A DNA stretch of 64,000 nt from an uncultured Planctomycetaceae bacterium (GTDB taxonomy: Bacteria; Planctomycetota; Planctomycetia; Planctomycetales; Planctomycetaceae), in contig CAWFGE010000017.1 of assembly GCA_963815195.1 (NCBI GenBank), forward strand, positions 1 to 64,000, read 5' to 3'. The position numbers and the translations under genes were made by a program. Shown one piece after another: positions 22,566 through 32,526 of the stretch. The notes beneath the pieces are model-generated. The model did no database searches and was not told the origin of the DNA. It saw only the letters and a list, made by a program, of their open reading frames with translations. Numbering within the stretch: position 1 is the stretch's first letter; each line of letters opens with the position of its first letter.

Positions 22566-24263
22566 CTACGCGTGCGTGGCGGATTCGTCGGCGCGGTGTT
22601 CCTCGTCGATTCTCGGCCAGGCGAGGACGAACTGGCAGCCTTCGCCGGGCTTGCTTTCGACGGAAATCTCGCCGCCGTGCTCACGGAGGATTTTTTGGCT
22701 CACGGACAATCCCAAGCCCGTGCCCCGCGCCCCTTTCGTGGACTCGAAGATGTTGAAAATCTTCTCGATTTGCTCCTCGGGAATGCCCGGGCCGTTGTCG
22801 GTGACGACCACGAGCGCGTTGTCTCCCTTGGGATCGTATCCGGTTTGCACGCGGACGGCCGCGTGATCCGAGCCTTCCACCGCGTCGAGGGCGTTGATGA
22901 GCACATTCAACACCGCCCGGTGGATGCCCTCCGGATCGAACATCGTCTCGGGCAAGTCCGTCGCAAGTCCGACTTCCAGGCGGATGTGCGATTCCTCCGC
23001 GCGGGCCTGCATCAGTTCGCAGACATCGCCCACCGTCCCGTTCAAGTCGGAGAATTGGAGGTCCGGCTGGCGCTCTTTGCTGTAAGTCAGCATGTCCATC
23101 ACCAGGTGGTAGATGCGGTTCTGGTTTTTCTCGACGATGCCCCAGCCCCGGCGGACCACGTCTTCCTTGTGGTCCTTGAGTCCCATGTCGATCAGATAGC
23201 TGCCGCCACGGACGCCCTGGAGGATGTTTTTGATGTGATGGCTGAGCATCGCGATCGTCTGGCCCATCGCACCGAGCCGCTCGGCTTTTAAGAGGGCCTG
23301 CTGATAATGCTGGTTTTCCACCGCGAGAGCCGACTGCCGGCCCACGGCGACCAACAGCCGCAGTTGGTCTTCGGTGAACTGCTCGGTTTCTGGGCCGGTG
23401 AGGAATTTCTCGCTGGGGGTCGTGATGTCGACGTAGATCACGCCGATCATGTCGAACCGCCCCTGCATGGGCACGCACATCGCCTCGCGGATGCCCGCCT
23501 GGACGATGCTTTCCCCGCGCTCGAATCGGCGGTCCCGGCGGGCGTCGGACGTCCGCACGCCCTGGCCGCGCCGGAGGACATAATCCACAATCGTCCGCGA
23601 CACGGGCATTTTGCCCGACTTGTCGGCCTGGTGCCGATAGCACAGCGCCCGCGGCACGAGCTTCTGGCCGCCTTCGGGATCGCTCAACAAAATGCAGCCC
23701 CGGTCGGCTCCCACCGCATCGATGGTGAGCTCCAGAATCCGCTTGAGCAGCTGGTCGAGCGAGGCCGTCGGGCTGACGGCTTCCTCGGAAATCCGGTACA
23801 ACGCCTTCAGATTCGCGAGGCTGCGGCCCAGATCCTCCGCATCCGTGTTCGGGGTCTCCTGCAGGAGCGCATCGCCGTCGTGGGAAATCTCGGCGACGAT
23901 GCTCGACTGATCGTCGGGATGCTGCTGCTGGAGTTCGATTTGCTCCGCGACATAGCGGGACTCGTCCAGGAACTGCTGCGAAAACAGAAGCAGGCTGCGG
24001 CCGATCTGGATTTGGTCGCCGTTTTCCAGGACGCGCCGGCGAACTTGCTTGCCGTTGACGAACGTGCCGTTCGAGCTGTTGGTGTCTACGAGGACGTAGG
24101 CCCCGTTTTCGGGGAGGATCTGCGCGTGCTGCCGGGAGACTTCGGTGTCGAGAATGCGGATCTCGTTCCGCACGCCCCGGCCCAGACTTTGCGGTGCGTC
24201 GCCGACTTCAAAGCGGGAACCCTGGTCAACGCCTTGGACGACCAGCAACGTCGCCTTGTCCAC
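22566..24263 (-). CDS. FHA-GAF sensor histidine kinase
   Basis: FHA (LGR..VSRQHA..SSNGTFVN), GAF, H-box SHHIKN, N-box, DNGPG, GTGLGL. Confidence 0.93.
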   Translation of the reverse strand: MDKATLLVVQGVDQGSRFEVGDAPQSLGRGVRNEIRILDTEVSRQHAQILPENGAYVLVDTNSSNGTFVNGKQVRRRVLENGDQIQIGRSLLLFSQQFLDESRYVAEQIELQQQHPDDQSSIVAEISHDGDALLQETPNTDAEDLGRSLANLKALYRISEEAVSPTASLDQLLKRILELTIDAVGADRGCILLSDPEGGQKLVPRALCYRHQADKSGKMPVSRTIVDYVLRRGQGVRTSDARRDRRFERGESIVQAGIREAMCVPMQGRFDMIGVIYVDITTPSEKFLTGPETEQFTEDQLRLLVAVGRQSALAVENQHYQQALLKAERLGAMGQTIAMLSHHIKNILQGVRGGSYLIDMGLKDHKEDVVRRGWGIVEKNQNRIYHLVMDMLTYSKERQPDLQFSDLNGTVGDVCELMQARAEESHIRLEVGLATDLPETMFDPEGIHRAVLNVLINALDAVEGSDHAAVRVQTGYDPKGDNALVVVTDNGPGIPEEQIEKIFNIFESTKGARGTGLGLSVSQKILREHGGEISVESKPGEGCQFVLAWPRIDEEHRADESATHA

Positions 24264-24565
24264 GATCCTGATGGCTCCTGAAAAACGAGGATGAGGCGAT
24301 AGGAGAAACCGCCGAGAATGGAATGGTTTGCGTTCCGATCATCATACCACGCGAATTCCCCCCGGTCAGCCGCCGGGCGGAAAAATCACCAAGACGGGAT
24401 CGATACCTGGTAAAGACTTTTCAACGAACGAACCACGGATTTTACCTCCCCAAGGGGAAGTGAAAGAGCGCGGGCAAGAAATCCTTTAACACCGTCGCCG
24501 TTCCTCCTGATGATCCGGAAGAACCTGTTCTTCTACTCTTTTCTTCTTCTCGTTGCGTCTTGGCG

Positions 24566-25159
24566 TTAACTGCCTTTCTCTTCCGGGACTTTCCGCGCGA
24601 GGTGAATTGTCATGCTGGAAACATCCATCGCGGTTTCGATGGTCCAAGCCGGCGGCAAAGTGAATTCCGCGCGTTGCGGCGTGCGGAACACCAACAGACA
24701 ATCCGGCGCGGCGATGTCCTCCCGGCTCAACCGCTCGAGGGCCTTGTAAAGCGAATCGCCGGGCTGGAGGTAGGGGACCATCCGGAAAGGCGGATCGAAG
24801 AACACGACATCGTATGGCAGAAAATCTGGGACGCCTTTGGGACGGAACGAGCACCGCATCACATCCGCCCGCCAGCAGAGGGTTTCCTCCTGGACGCCCA
24901 GCTTCGCGACGTTTTCCGCGAGGAACTCGTGAGCCCGGCGGTCGCTTTCGACAAACACGACGCTCTTCGCGCCCCGGCTCAGTGCTTCCAAACCCAAGGT
25001 GCCGGTGCCGGCGAAGACATCGGCCACGCGGGCGTCCTCGAACTCGCCCGTGAGCCGTTCAAAGAGGATTTCCTTGACGCGGTCGGTGATCGGCCGGGTG
25101 ACAAGGCCGGGATTGGTCGCGAGCTTTCGATGGCGAAAACGCCCTGCCACGATCCGCAC
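24566..25159 (-). CDS. rsmD: RsmD-family 16S rRNA m2G966 methyltransferase
   Basis: MRIVAG..TRP..DRVKE, DVFAGTGTLGLEALSRGA, DPPF. Confidence 0.9.
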   Translation of the reverse strand: MRIVAGRFRHRKLATNPGLVTRPITDRVKEILFERLTGEFEDARVADVFAGTGTLGLEALSRGAKSVVFVESDRRAHEFLAENVAKLGVQEETLCWRADVMRCSFRPKGVPDFLPYDVVFFDPPFRMVPYLQPGDSLYKALERLSREDIAAPDCLLVFRTPQRAEFTLPPAWTIETAMDVSSMTIHLARKVPEEKGS

Positions 25160-25162
25160 AGG

Positions 25163-25747
25163 CTATCCTTTTCCATGCTGCTTATGCCAGCGGCTGATGA
25201 TCGCCCGGGCCTCATCGCGAATCGACTGCATGTGCTTGTCTTCCACGGGGGGTTCCGGGGGCTTTTGTTGTTGGGAGGGGGTTTGCCCGGCCGAGGGGAT
25301 GACGACCGTGGTGTCCTGCCCCGACTTCTCCGCGTCGCCGCCCTCGGACAGCCAGGCGGCGATCAGGTCGTCATCGGCGGGATGCTCCGAACCCGAGGCG
25401 GCACCGGCGGGTGCGGAGGTTTCCGCGGAAGCCGCGCGAGCCGACGCCGCCGCGGTCTTTCCTTCGGAAATCATAAACGCCATCGGCCCCACCCGCAACG
25501 TGTCGCCCGCTTTGAGCACCACATCCTCGGCAATCCGCACTTCATTGACAAAGGTCCCATTTCGGCTGCCCAAATCCTTGAGATGAATTTGTCCGTCGAT
25601 GTGTTTCAACCGGCAGTGCTGTTTGCTGACGTCTTCGGAGGCAATCCGGATTTTGCAGCTTTCGTGCCGGCCGATGAGGCAATCTTTGCCCGCCAGATCA
25701 ATTCGCTTGCCCTGGTGTTTGCCGGTTTGAATGATGAGTTCTGTCAT
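25163..25747 (-). CDS. FHA domain protein
   Basis: IGR..VSKQHC..DLGSRNGTFVN. Confidence 0.9.
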   Translation of the reverse strand: MTELIIQTGKHQGKRIDLAGKDCLIGRHESCKIRIASEDVSKQHCRLKHIDGQIHLKDLGSRNGTFVNEVRIAEDVVLKAGDTLRVGPMAFMISEGKTAAASARAASAETSAPAGAASGSEHPADDDLIAAWLSEGGDAEKSGQDTTVVIPSAGQTPSQQQKPPEPPVEDKHMQSIRDEARAIISRWHKQHGKG

Positions 25748-25883
25748 CGGTCGAATTCCCACGTGTGAGGAAAACGGCAAAGGGAATTCCCGGTGCCAAC
25801 GAGATGGTCGCCGGAATCAGTGTTTTCACCAAGGGGTGTTGGGGTTTCCCCTTATCTTGCCAATTTTCGGCGTCCAGGGCAAC

Positions 25884-26447
25884 TCAGTCGTGCCGGGGCA
25901 CGACGAGGGGTTCGCCGCAATTGGGGCAGGTCATGGATTTGCCCCGGTGGGCGGCACTGACTTTGAGCCGCTTTCCGCATCGGCATTGAAAGCGAACCCG
26001 CCCCGGTTCTTGGGGCGTTTGTATGTGGGTTTGCTCCCAGACTTTCTGGTTCACGATCGCGATGCGTTTGACGAGATAGTCCACGTCGCAGGGGCTGATG
26101 AGATAGTCGTCGGCCCCCACCCGCTCGGCCAGCGAACGCGCCTCCGGCAGATCGACCTCGGTGACGATCATCACCGGAATCCCCGGCTCGGTGCGTTTCA
26201 TCCGCTCGCAGACTTCAAACCCGCTTTCCTCCGGCAGCAAAACATCCAACAACACCAGGTCCGGCTTGTGCATGGCGAACGAGGAATGCGCTTGGCCGCC
26301 GTCTTTGGCGAGCGTGACGTGAAAGCCTTGGGCTTCCAAATCCCGGCGAAGCTGGGATTGGGCCTCCCCCGGATGCCCGACGATGAGCAATTGATGGGGC
26401 AACGGACCCGCCTTGACGGACGAATCGGAAAAGCTGGCCTGCATCAT
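25884..26447 (-). CDS. Response regulator receiver domain with C-terminal Zn ribbon
   Basis: PDLVLLDVLLP..SGFEVC, GADDYL; C-terminal CRCGK...CPNC. Confidence 0.85.
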   Translation of the reverse strand: MMQASFSDSSVKAGPLPHQLLIVGHPGEAQSQLRRDLEAQGFHVTLAKDGGQAHSSFAMHKPDLVLLDVLLPEESGFEVCERMKRTEPGIPVMIVTEVDLPEARSLAERVGADDYLISPCDVDYLVKRIAIVNQKVWEQTHIQTPQEPGRVRFQCRCGKRLKVSAAHRGKSMTCPNCGEPLVVPRHD

Positions 26448-26722
26448 ACCCGCACCTCAGAACAGAGGATGGATGCACAGAATGTTGGAAGTGTCGCCGC
26501 CTTCGCTTCCATCATAATTCAAACCACCCCGAAATGTCGAGGACGAAAGGCCAAGAGCCAAGAGCGGGGGCGCCCACAGAGCCTGGCGATCCGCGCTTCC
26601 ACCTGCTTGCAGCCGATCCGATTGCAACGCCGATCCGGGTACGGTAATTTGAGAGACATCTCGATTTCTACCGCATTGGCAACATTGACTGCTCAAAATC
26701 CCCTCGTGGAGGGACAGGGTTT

Positions 26723-28666
26723 ATGGTGACATTATTGATCGCCGCCGGGGCGTTTGTGGGATACATCGTGGCTTACCACACCTACGGGCGGTGGCTGTCT
26801 AAGAAGATTTTCCAGCTTGACCCCGACGCCCTGGTTCCCAGCGTCGAACTCAACGATGACCGCGATTACGTCCCCACGTCCAAAGGAATTGTGTTCGGGC
26901 ATCACTTCACGAGCATCGCGGGCACCGGGCCGATCGTGGGGCCTGCGATTGCGATCATGTGGGGTTGGGTGCCGGCTTTGCTGTGGGTTGTGTTCGGGGC
27001 GATCTTCATCGGAGCGGTGCACGATTTCGGAGCCCTGGTCGTCAGCCTGCGAAATCGCGGCCAAACCATTGGCGACGTGGCCGGGCGGCTGCTCAATCCC
27101 CGCGTGCGGTTTTTGTTTCTGGGCATCCTCTTGTTCGGGCTGTGGGTCGTGCTGGCGATTTTCGGCTGGGTCATCGCCAACGTGTTTCGGCAATTCCCCG
27201 AATCGATTCTGCCCGTGTTTTTGCAGATCCCGATTGCGGTGTGGATCGGCGCTTACGTGCACCGCAAGGGCAAGAACCTGTTCTGGGCCTCGGCGATCGC
27301 TTTGACGCTGATGTACCTCACCGTCTGGTTCGGAGCGGCGTGCCCCGGCCTGGAATGGTCGGGAGGTGCGATCGGGACGGCGATTCAGCACCTCAACAGC
27401 TCGCTCGCCGCGTGGCCGGTGTGGGTCTGGGTCGCGGTGCTCTTGGCGTATTGTTACGCGGCCAGTGTGATGCCGGTCTGGATTCTGCTCCAGCCCCGCG
27501 ATTACATCAATAGCCTGCAGCTCATCAGCAGCCTGGCTCTGATCATCGGCGGCCTGGCCGTGGCGGGCGTGATGGGTTCCAATGGCCAGACATTGGAAAT
27601 CGTCGCCCCCGCGGTGCAATGGCATCCGAAGAACGCCCCGGCCTTTGTGCCGTTCCTATTTATCACGATCGCCTGCGGCGCGATCAGCGGGTTTCACTGC
27701 CTCGTCAGCAGCGGCACCTCGAGCAAACAACTCAAATGCGAAACCGACGCCCAGTTCGTGGGCTACGGTTCGATGCTCACCGAGAGCCTCCTCGCCGTTT
27801 TGGTGATCCTCGCGGTCGGGGCGGGGATCGGTTTTGGCTGGCAGGAAAAGTTCGGCGACGCCCTCACCGGCACGGCTTTGTGGAATACGCTCTATGCCGA
27901 CTGGGACACCTTGAGCAAAACCGCGGTCGGTGCATTCGTGGTCGGGAGTGCGAATTTTGTGGAATCGATGGGCATCGACAAAACGATGGCCAAAGCGCTG
28001 ATGGGCGTGTTGGTCGCGAGCTTCGCCGGGACGACGCTCGACACCGCGACCCGTTTGCAGCGCTATGTCGTGCAGGAACTTGCTTCCACCTTCGCCCCGC
28101 ATGTTTCCCCGACCGCCGAGGCCGCGGAAGGTTACGACGAAGAGTTTCAGCACGGCCGCACCGAGAAATCGATCTCGTTCAACCCGCTCGTCTGGCTGAC
28201 GAACAAACACGGGGCGACGCTGTTTGCGGTCTCGACGGCATTCGTGCTGGCGCTCTTTCCGCAACCGGGCAAGGAATGGGCCTGGGACACCATCGGCACC
28301 GGCGGATTGACGCTTTGGCCTTTGTTCGGTGCGACCAACCAACTCCTGGGCGGCTTGGCATTTTTGGTGATTTCGTTCTGGCTCTGGCGGCGGAACAAGC
28401 CGGTGTGGTTCGTGGTCCTGCCGACGGTTTTCATGCTGATTATGCCGGCCTGGGCAATGGTGCTCGATATTCAGAAGTATTGGGCCAAATCCAGTTACTT
28501 GTTAGTGTTCGTGGCGGTTGTGACGTTGGTTCTAGAAGCCTGGATGATTATCGAAGCCGTGCTTATGTGGCCGCGGGCGAAAGGCATTTTGGAGCAAGCC
28601 CTGCCGCCGCTCAAACGCGAATCCGCCGCGACGCCCAAAACCCCCGTCGGCGCCGGCCACGAGTGA
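26723..28666 (+). CDS. cstA: Carbon starvation protein A (CstA) family transporter
   Basis: FGHHFTSIAGTGPIVGP, LLQPRDY, TIACGAISGFH, LWPLFGATNQLL. Confidence 0.95.
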   Translation: MVTLLIAAGAFVGYIVAYHTYGRWLSKKIFQLDPDALVPSVELNDDRDYVPTSKGIVFGHHFTSIAGTGPIVGPAIAIMWGWVPALLWVVFGAIFIGAVHDFGALVVSLRNRGQTIGDVAGRLLNPRVRFLFLGILLFGLWVVLAIFGWVIANVFRQFPESILPVFLQIPIAVWIGAYVHRKGKNLFWASAIALTLMYLTVWFGAACPGLEWSGGAIGTAIQHLNSSLAAWPVWVWVAVLLAYCYAASVMPVWILLQPRDYINSLQLISSLALIIGGLAVAGVMGSNGQTLEIVAPAVQWHPKNAPAFVPFLFITIACGAISGFHCLVSSGTSSKQLKCETDAQFVGYGSMLTESLLAVLVILAVGAGIGFGWQEKFGDALTGTALWNTLYADWDTLSKTAVGAFVVGSANFVESMGIDKTMAKALMGVLVASFAGTTLDTATRLQRYVVQELASTFAPHVSPTAEAAEGYDEEFQHGRTEKSISFNPLVWLTNKHGATLFAVSTAFVLALFPQPGKEWAWDTIGTGGLTLWPLFGATNQLLGGLAFLVISFWLWRRNKPVWFVVLPTVFMLIMPAWAMVLDIQKYWAKSSYLLVFVAVVTLVLEAWMIIEAVLMWPRAKGILEQALPPLKRESAATPKTPVGAGHE

Positions 28667-28760
28667 AACGCGGAATCGCCAACGTCGAAATCCCGCAACG
28701 AAAACAGGCCGCCTCGACCGGATTTCTCCAATTCGGGGTTGACACGAATGCCGGGCCGGG

Positions 28761-28781
28761 TTACTTTGCTTTACAAAGTAA
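28761..28781. promoter_or_regulatory. Palindromic operator 1
   Basis: TTACTTTG-CTTTA-CAAAGTAA with perfect 8-bp arms, upstream of the membrane protein/HTH operon. Confidence 0.65.
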
Positions 28782-28832
28782 TTCGTGTTGCCGATGTCTT
28801 TAATGGGCTGGCCTTGCCGGAGAATTGGGACG

Positions 28833-29457
28833 ATGCAACTGCACGATGCCCTCTTGCAGATCACCGAAATCCGCTCGCAGATCGCCCGGACGGAGACGTT
28901 TCGCGGCTATCGCTCGGTGACGGTCGGGTTTTCCGGAGTGCTGGGAATCGCGGCGGCGATTTTTCAGGCGGTTCAAATCCCCGAACCCCGGCAGCAGGTT
29001 TCCGTGTATCTGACGCTGTGGATTTCCGCCGCGGCATTGAGCGTTCTGGTCGTCGGTTGGGAATTGGCGTTTCGCTGCTACCATGCGGTCTCGCCGCGGA
29101 CCACGCGGTTGACGCTGCTCGCGGTCGAGCAGTTCGTGCCCTCGATCGTGGCCGGGGCGCTGCGTGACGGCGGTGTTGATGTCGGCGGGCGAGGCGCAGT
29201 GCGCGGAGCGGTTGTGGTTGCTCCCCGGGTTGTGGGCGGTCCTGTTTAGCCTGGGCGTGTTCGCCTCGTGCCGGCTCTTGCCCAAGCCCACGTTTTGGGT
29301 CGGCGTGTTTTATCTGCTCGCGGGCTGCGTGGGCCTGATTTTTGGGCCCGGCGACCTCGCGCTGTCGCCTTGGTTGATGGGCGGCACGTTCGGCACGGGG
29401 CAGCTTTTGACCGCTTGCATTTTGTATTGGACTTTGGAGAGGCCCTATGACTGCTGA
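28833..29457 (+). CDS. Hypothetical multi-TM membrane protein, frameshift near 29164
   Basis: MQLHDALLQITEIRSQI..FRGYR then hydrophobic helices over two frames; overlaps the downstream HTH gene. Confidence 0.75.
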
Positions 29458-29842
29458 CCGACAACCCGGGGCCGGCCGCTTCGCCTTTGAAGGGTTGGAG
29501 CGGGTGCTTCACGAAAAAGCCCGGCTGGGGATTTTAAGCTCGTTGGTGGCGAATCCTGAAGGGCTGGTGTTTTCCGAACTCAAGGAACTCTGCAAACTGA
29601 CCGATGGAAACCTGAGCCGGCATATTCAGGCGCTACAGAACGCGGGGTTGATTGAAGTCTGGAAAGGGCATCGCGGCCGCCGGCCTCAAACATTGGTCCG
29701 CTTGACGGCCGAGGGCCGGGAGCGGTTCTTGGAATACATCAACCTGCTGGAACAGATCGTCTCCCAAACGCTCGAAGCCGCCGACCTGGACGAAGGCAAG
29801 AAGGCCCGCGCGCAGCGGGACGCCGGCTGGTCCCCGGCCTGA
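29447..29842 (+). CDS. Winged-helix transcriptional regulator (ArsR/MarR-like)
   Basis: LHEKARLGILSSL..FSELKELCKLTDGNLSRH..GRRPQT..LT.EGRERF. Confidence 0.9.
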   Translation: MTADRQPGAGRFAFEGLERVLHEKARLGILSSLVANPEGLVFSELKELCKLTDGNLSRHIQALQNAGLIEVWKGHRGRRPQTLVRLTAEGRERFLEYINLLEQIVSQTLEAADLDEGKKARAQRDAGWSPA

Positions 29843-29869
29843 AGATACCCCCCGATATTTTTTGCCCTT

Positions 29870-29890
29870 TTACTTTGCAATACAAAGCTA
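29870..29890. promoter_or_regulatory. Palindromic operator 2
   Basis: TTACTTTG-CAATA-CAAAGCTA, same arms and 5-bp spacer as operator 1, upstream of ispH. Confidence 0.6.
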
Positions 29891-29959
29891 TTTCAGCCAT
29901 TGGCCGCACGGCGGCTAGCCCGCGCTAGCCCCGGTTGGTTTTTTTGAGGAAATTAAACA

Positions 29960-30804
29960 ATGCGAGTCATTCGAGCCGAGGCCATGGGGCTTTGTTTTGG
30001 CGTGCGGGACGCGCTCGAGCGGACGGGAACCGTTCCGCGGCCCGATCTCGTCACGATTCACGGCGAGTTGGTGCATAATGAAACCGTGCACGGGCAACTC
30101 GAGCGCGGGGCTTTCAGATGACGCCCGAAGCGGATCGGCGCGCGATTCCGGAAACGCCCGAAGTGCTCATCACGGCCCACGGGATCAGCCGGCGCGAGCG
30201 GCGTCGACTGGAGGATGCGGGCAAACGCCTGATCGACACGACCTGTCCGCTCGTGGAACTCGTGCACGAATCGGCCCAGCGGTTGGCGGCGGCGGGTTTT
30301 CATGTGATCGTCATCGGCCGCCCGGGGCATGTGGAGGTGCAAGGCGTGATCGAAGATCTCGACGAATATGAAATCGTGTCCCAAGTCGTCGACGTCAAAA
30401 CCTGGCCGCACGACCGTTTGGGGATCGTGTGCCAGACGACGGTCCCGCCCTGGCTGGTCGAGCAGATCCGCGATGCGATTCGAGCGCAAAACCCGCACGC
30501 GGAGATTCGCTTTCAAAATACCATCTGCCAGCCCACGCGGGATCGGCAGCGGGCGGTGGAGCGATTGTGCCGGCTGGTGGATGCAGTGGTCGTGGTCGGC
30601 GGAGCGAACTCGAACAACACGCAGCAGCTCGTAGCACTCTGCCGACGGCAGGGCACGCCGGCGTTTCATGTGCAATCGGCGGATGATCTGATCGCATCCT
30701 GGTTTGAGGATTGCGAGACCGTCGGGCTGACGGCGGGCACGTCGACGCTGGATGTGACGATCGAAGCCGTCCACGAGCGGCTGCGGAATTTGCCGCCCAA
30801 GTGA
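29960..30804 (+). CDS. ispH: 4-hydroxy-3-methylbut-2-enyl diphosphate reductase, frameshift near 30108
   Basis: GLCFGV, GELVHN, TAHG, DTTCPLV, HVEV, QTT, TIC, SNN and TAGTST motifs. Confidence 0.9.
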
Positions 30805-30910
30805 GCGGCAAGGCGCTAGCCGCCGGTCTTCGTGCGGAGTTTTCCCTTCATCGAAAACCCTGCGGCTAATGTTCGTTTCGCCCCCCCCCTCACTCGAACC
30901 AAGGGAGAAG

Positions 30911-32422
30911 ATGATGTTCGGCTTTGTGCCCAGGGAAATGCGGGAACCGCCGTCGCTTTCGGCTCACGCAAACGTCGGCCCGGTGACGCCGCGGTTGGCG
31001 CTGCTGTTGAATCCCTTCTATCCGAAGGACCCGCACGCGAGTTTCGGGAAGCACGTGCTGACGCCGAGTTTGGCTCTGACCAGCATCGCCGGCAGCACGC
31101 CGGCGGATTGGGAGGTGCGGTATTGGGACGAGAATCTTCTCCACGGGCCGCCGCCCTTTGAGCCGTTTCCCGAGGTCGTGGGGATCACGGTGCATCTGAC
31201 GTTTGCCGCGCGGGCTTACGAACTTGCGGCGTGGTATCGCCGGCGGGGGGCGAAAGTCATCCTGGGCGGTTTGCATGTCATTTCCTGCCCGGAGGAAGTC
31301 GCCCCGCACGCGGATGCGCTGGTGATGGGCGAAGGCGTGCAGGTCTGGCCGCAGGTGTTGCGGGATGTGGAAAACGACTGTTTGCAGAAGGTCTACGCGG
31401 GCAGTTACCGCCGGCCTTATCGAGACGATCCGCCGCCGCGCCGCGACCTTTTGCCGCGGGACGGCTTTTTGACGACGACCAGTTTGATCGCGACGCGAGG
31501 CTGCCACAATCGCTGCGGGTTCTGTTATCTCGCGACCGAGGGGCTGCAGATGCCGTATCTCACGCGGGACGTGGAGCAGATCGTCGACGAGTTCCAAGCC
31601 GACGGCCAGCCTTATGCGGTCTTCGTCGACAACAACCTGGGATCGAAGCCCGAATATCTTCGCCAACTCTGCCGGGCGCTTCGGCCGATTGAAAAGATCT
31701 GGAGCGCGGCCGTGTCCATTGATGTCACCGACGATCCCAGCCTGGTGCGGGAAATGGCGTTGGCCGGCTGCACGGGGGTGTTTGTGGGGTTTGAATCGCT
31801 GCAGAACGAGAACATCACGGAGGCCGGCAAGAAAAGTCCGCGCCCGGAAGACTACGCCGAGCGCGTGCGGATCCTGCACGACTACGGCATTCAGGTGAAT
31901 GGCAGTTTTGTGTTGGGTTTCGATCACGACCGCCCGGAGGTTTTCGAGCAGACGGTGGAATGGATCGAGGACAATCGCCTGGAGTGCGCGACGTTTCATA
32001 TTCTCACGCCCTATCCGGGAACGCCCTTATTTCGGCAGATGGAAAAGGAAGGACGATTGCTCCACAAGGACTGGAGCCGGTACGACACGGCCCACGTTGT
32101 GTTTCGGCCCCGGCACATGACGCCCGAGGAGTTGGAAGCGGGCTATGCGTGGTGCTATCGGCGGCTGTTTTCGCACCGGTCCATCTGGCGGAGGCGGCCG
32201 CCTGATAACAAAGCCGTCGTGCCTTATTTGGCGATGTCCTATCTCTACAAGCGGTCGAACTTTCTGTGGCATTTGCTGATTCGGCACCGGCTGACGGGCA
32301 GGGTCTGGCGGCCGCTGGTCGAGTGGACCCGCCGCCGGCATTTGCGGTATCGTCATCAACTGGAAAACCACCCCGAGGCGTCCCGGGACCCCGTGGGCGC
32401 GGTCATTTCCCCAGGAGTTTGA
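30911..32422 (+). CDS. B12-binding (class B) radical SAM protein
   Basis: ILGGLH B12-binding region, TRGCHNRCGFC, FVDNN, GFES, TPYPGTPL. Confidence 0.92.
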   Translation: MMFGFVPREMREPPSLSAHANVGPVTPRLALLLNPFYPKDPHASFGKHVLTPSLALTSIAGSTPADWEVRYWDENLLHGPPPFEPFPEVVGITVHLTFAARAYELAAWYRRRGAKVILGGLHVISCPEEVAPHADALVMGEGVQVWPQVLRDVENDCLQKVYAGSYRRPYRDDPPPRRDLLPRDGFLTTTSLIATRGCHNRCGFCYLATEGLQMPYLTRDVEQIVDEFQADGQPYAVFVDNNLGSKPEYLRQLCRALRPIEKIWSAAVSIDVTDDPSLVREMALAGCTGVFVGFESLQNENITEAGKKSPRPEDYAERVRILHDYGIQVNGSFVLGFDHDRPEVFEQTVEWIEDNRLECATFHILTPYPGTPLFRQMEKEGRLLHKDWSRYDTAHVVFRPRHMTPEELEAGYAWCYRRLFSHRSIWRRRPPDNKAVVPYLAMSYLYKRSNFLWHLLIRHRLTGRVWRPLVEWTRRRHLRYRHQLENHPEASRDPVGAVISPGV

Positions 32423-32526
32423 GGGCGAGTCTGGACGATAAGAGAAGGACGTGTCCTGACTTTCCCCGGCGGAAGGACGGGCGAAATCCGTTTGGTTGCC
32501 AAATGGAGGTTTTGCCGTAAGCCGTT

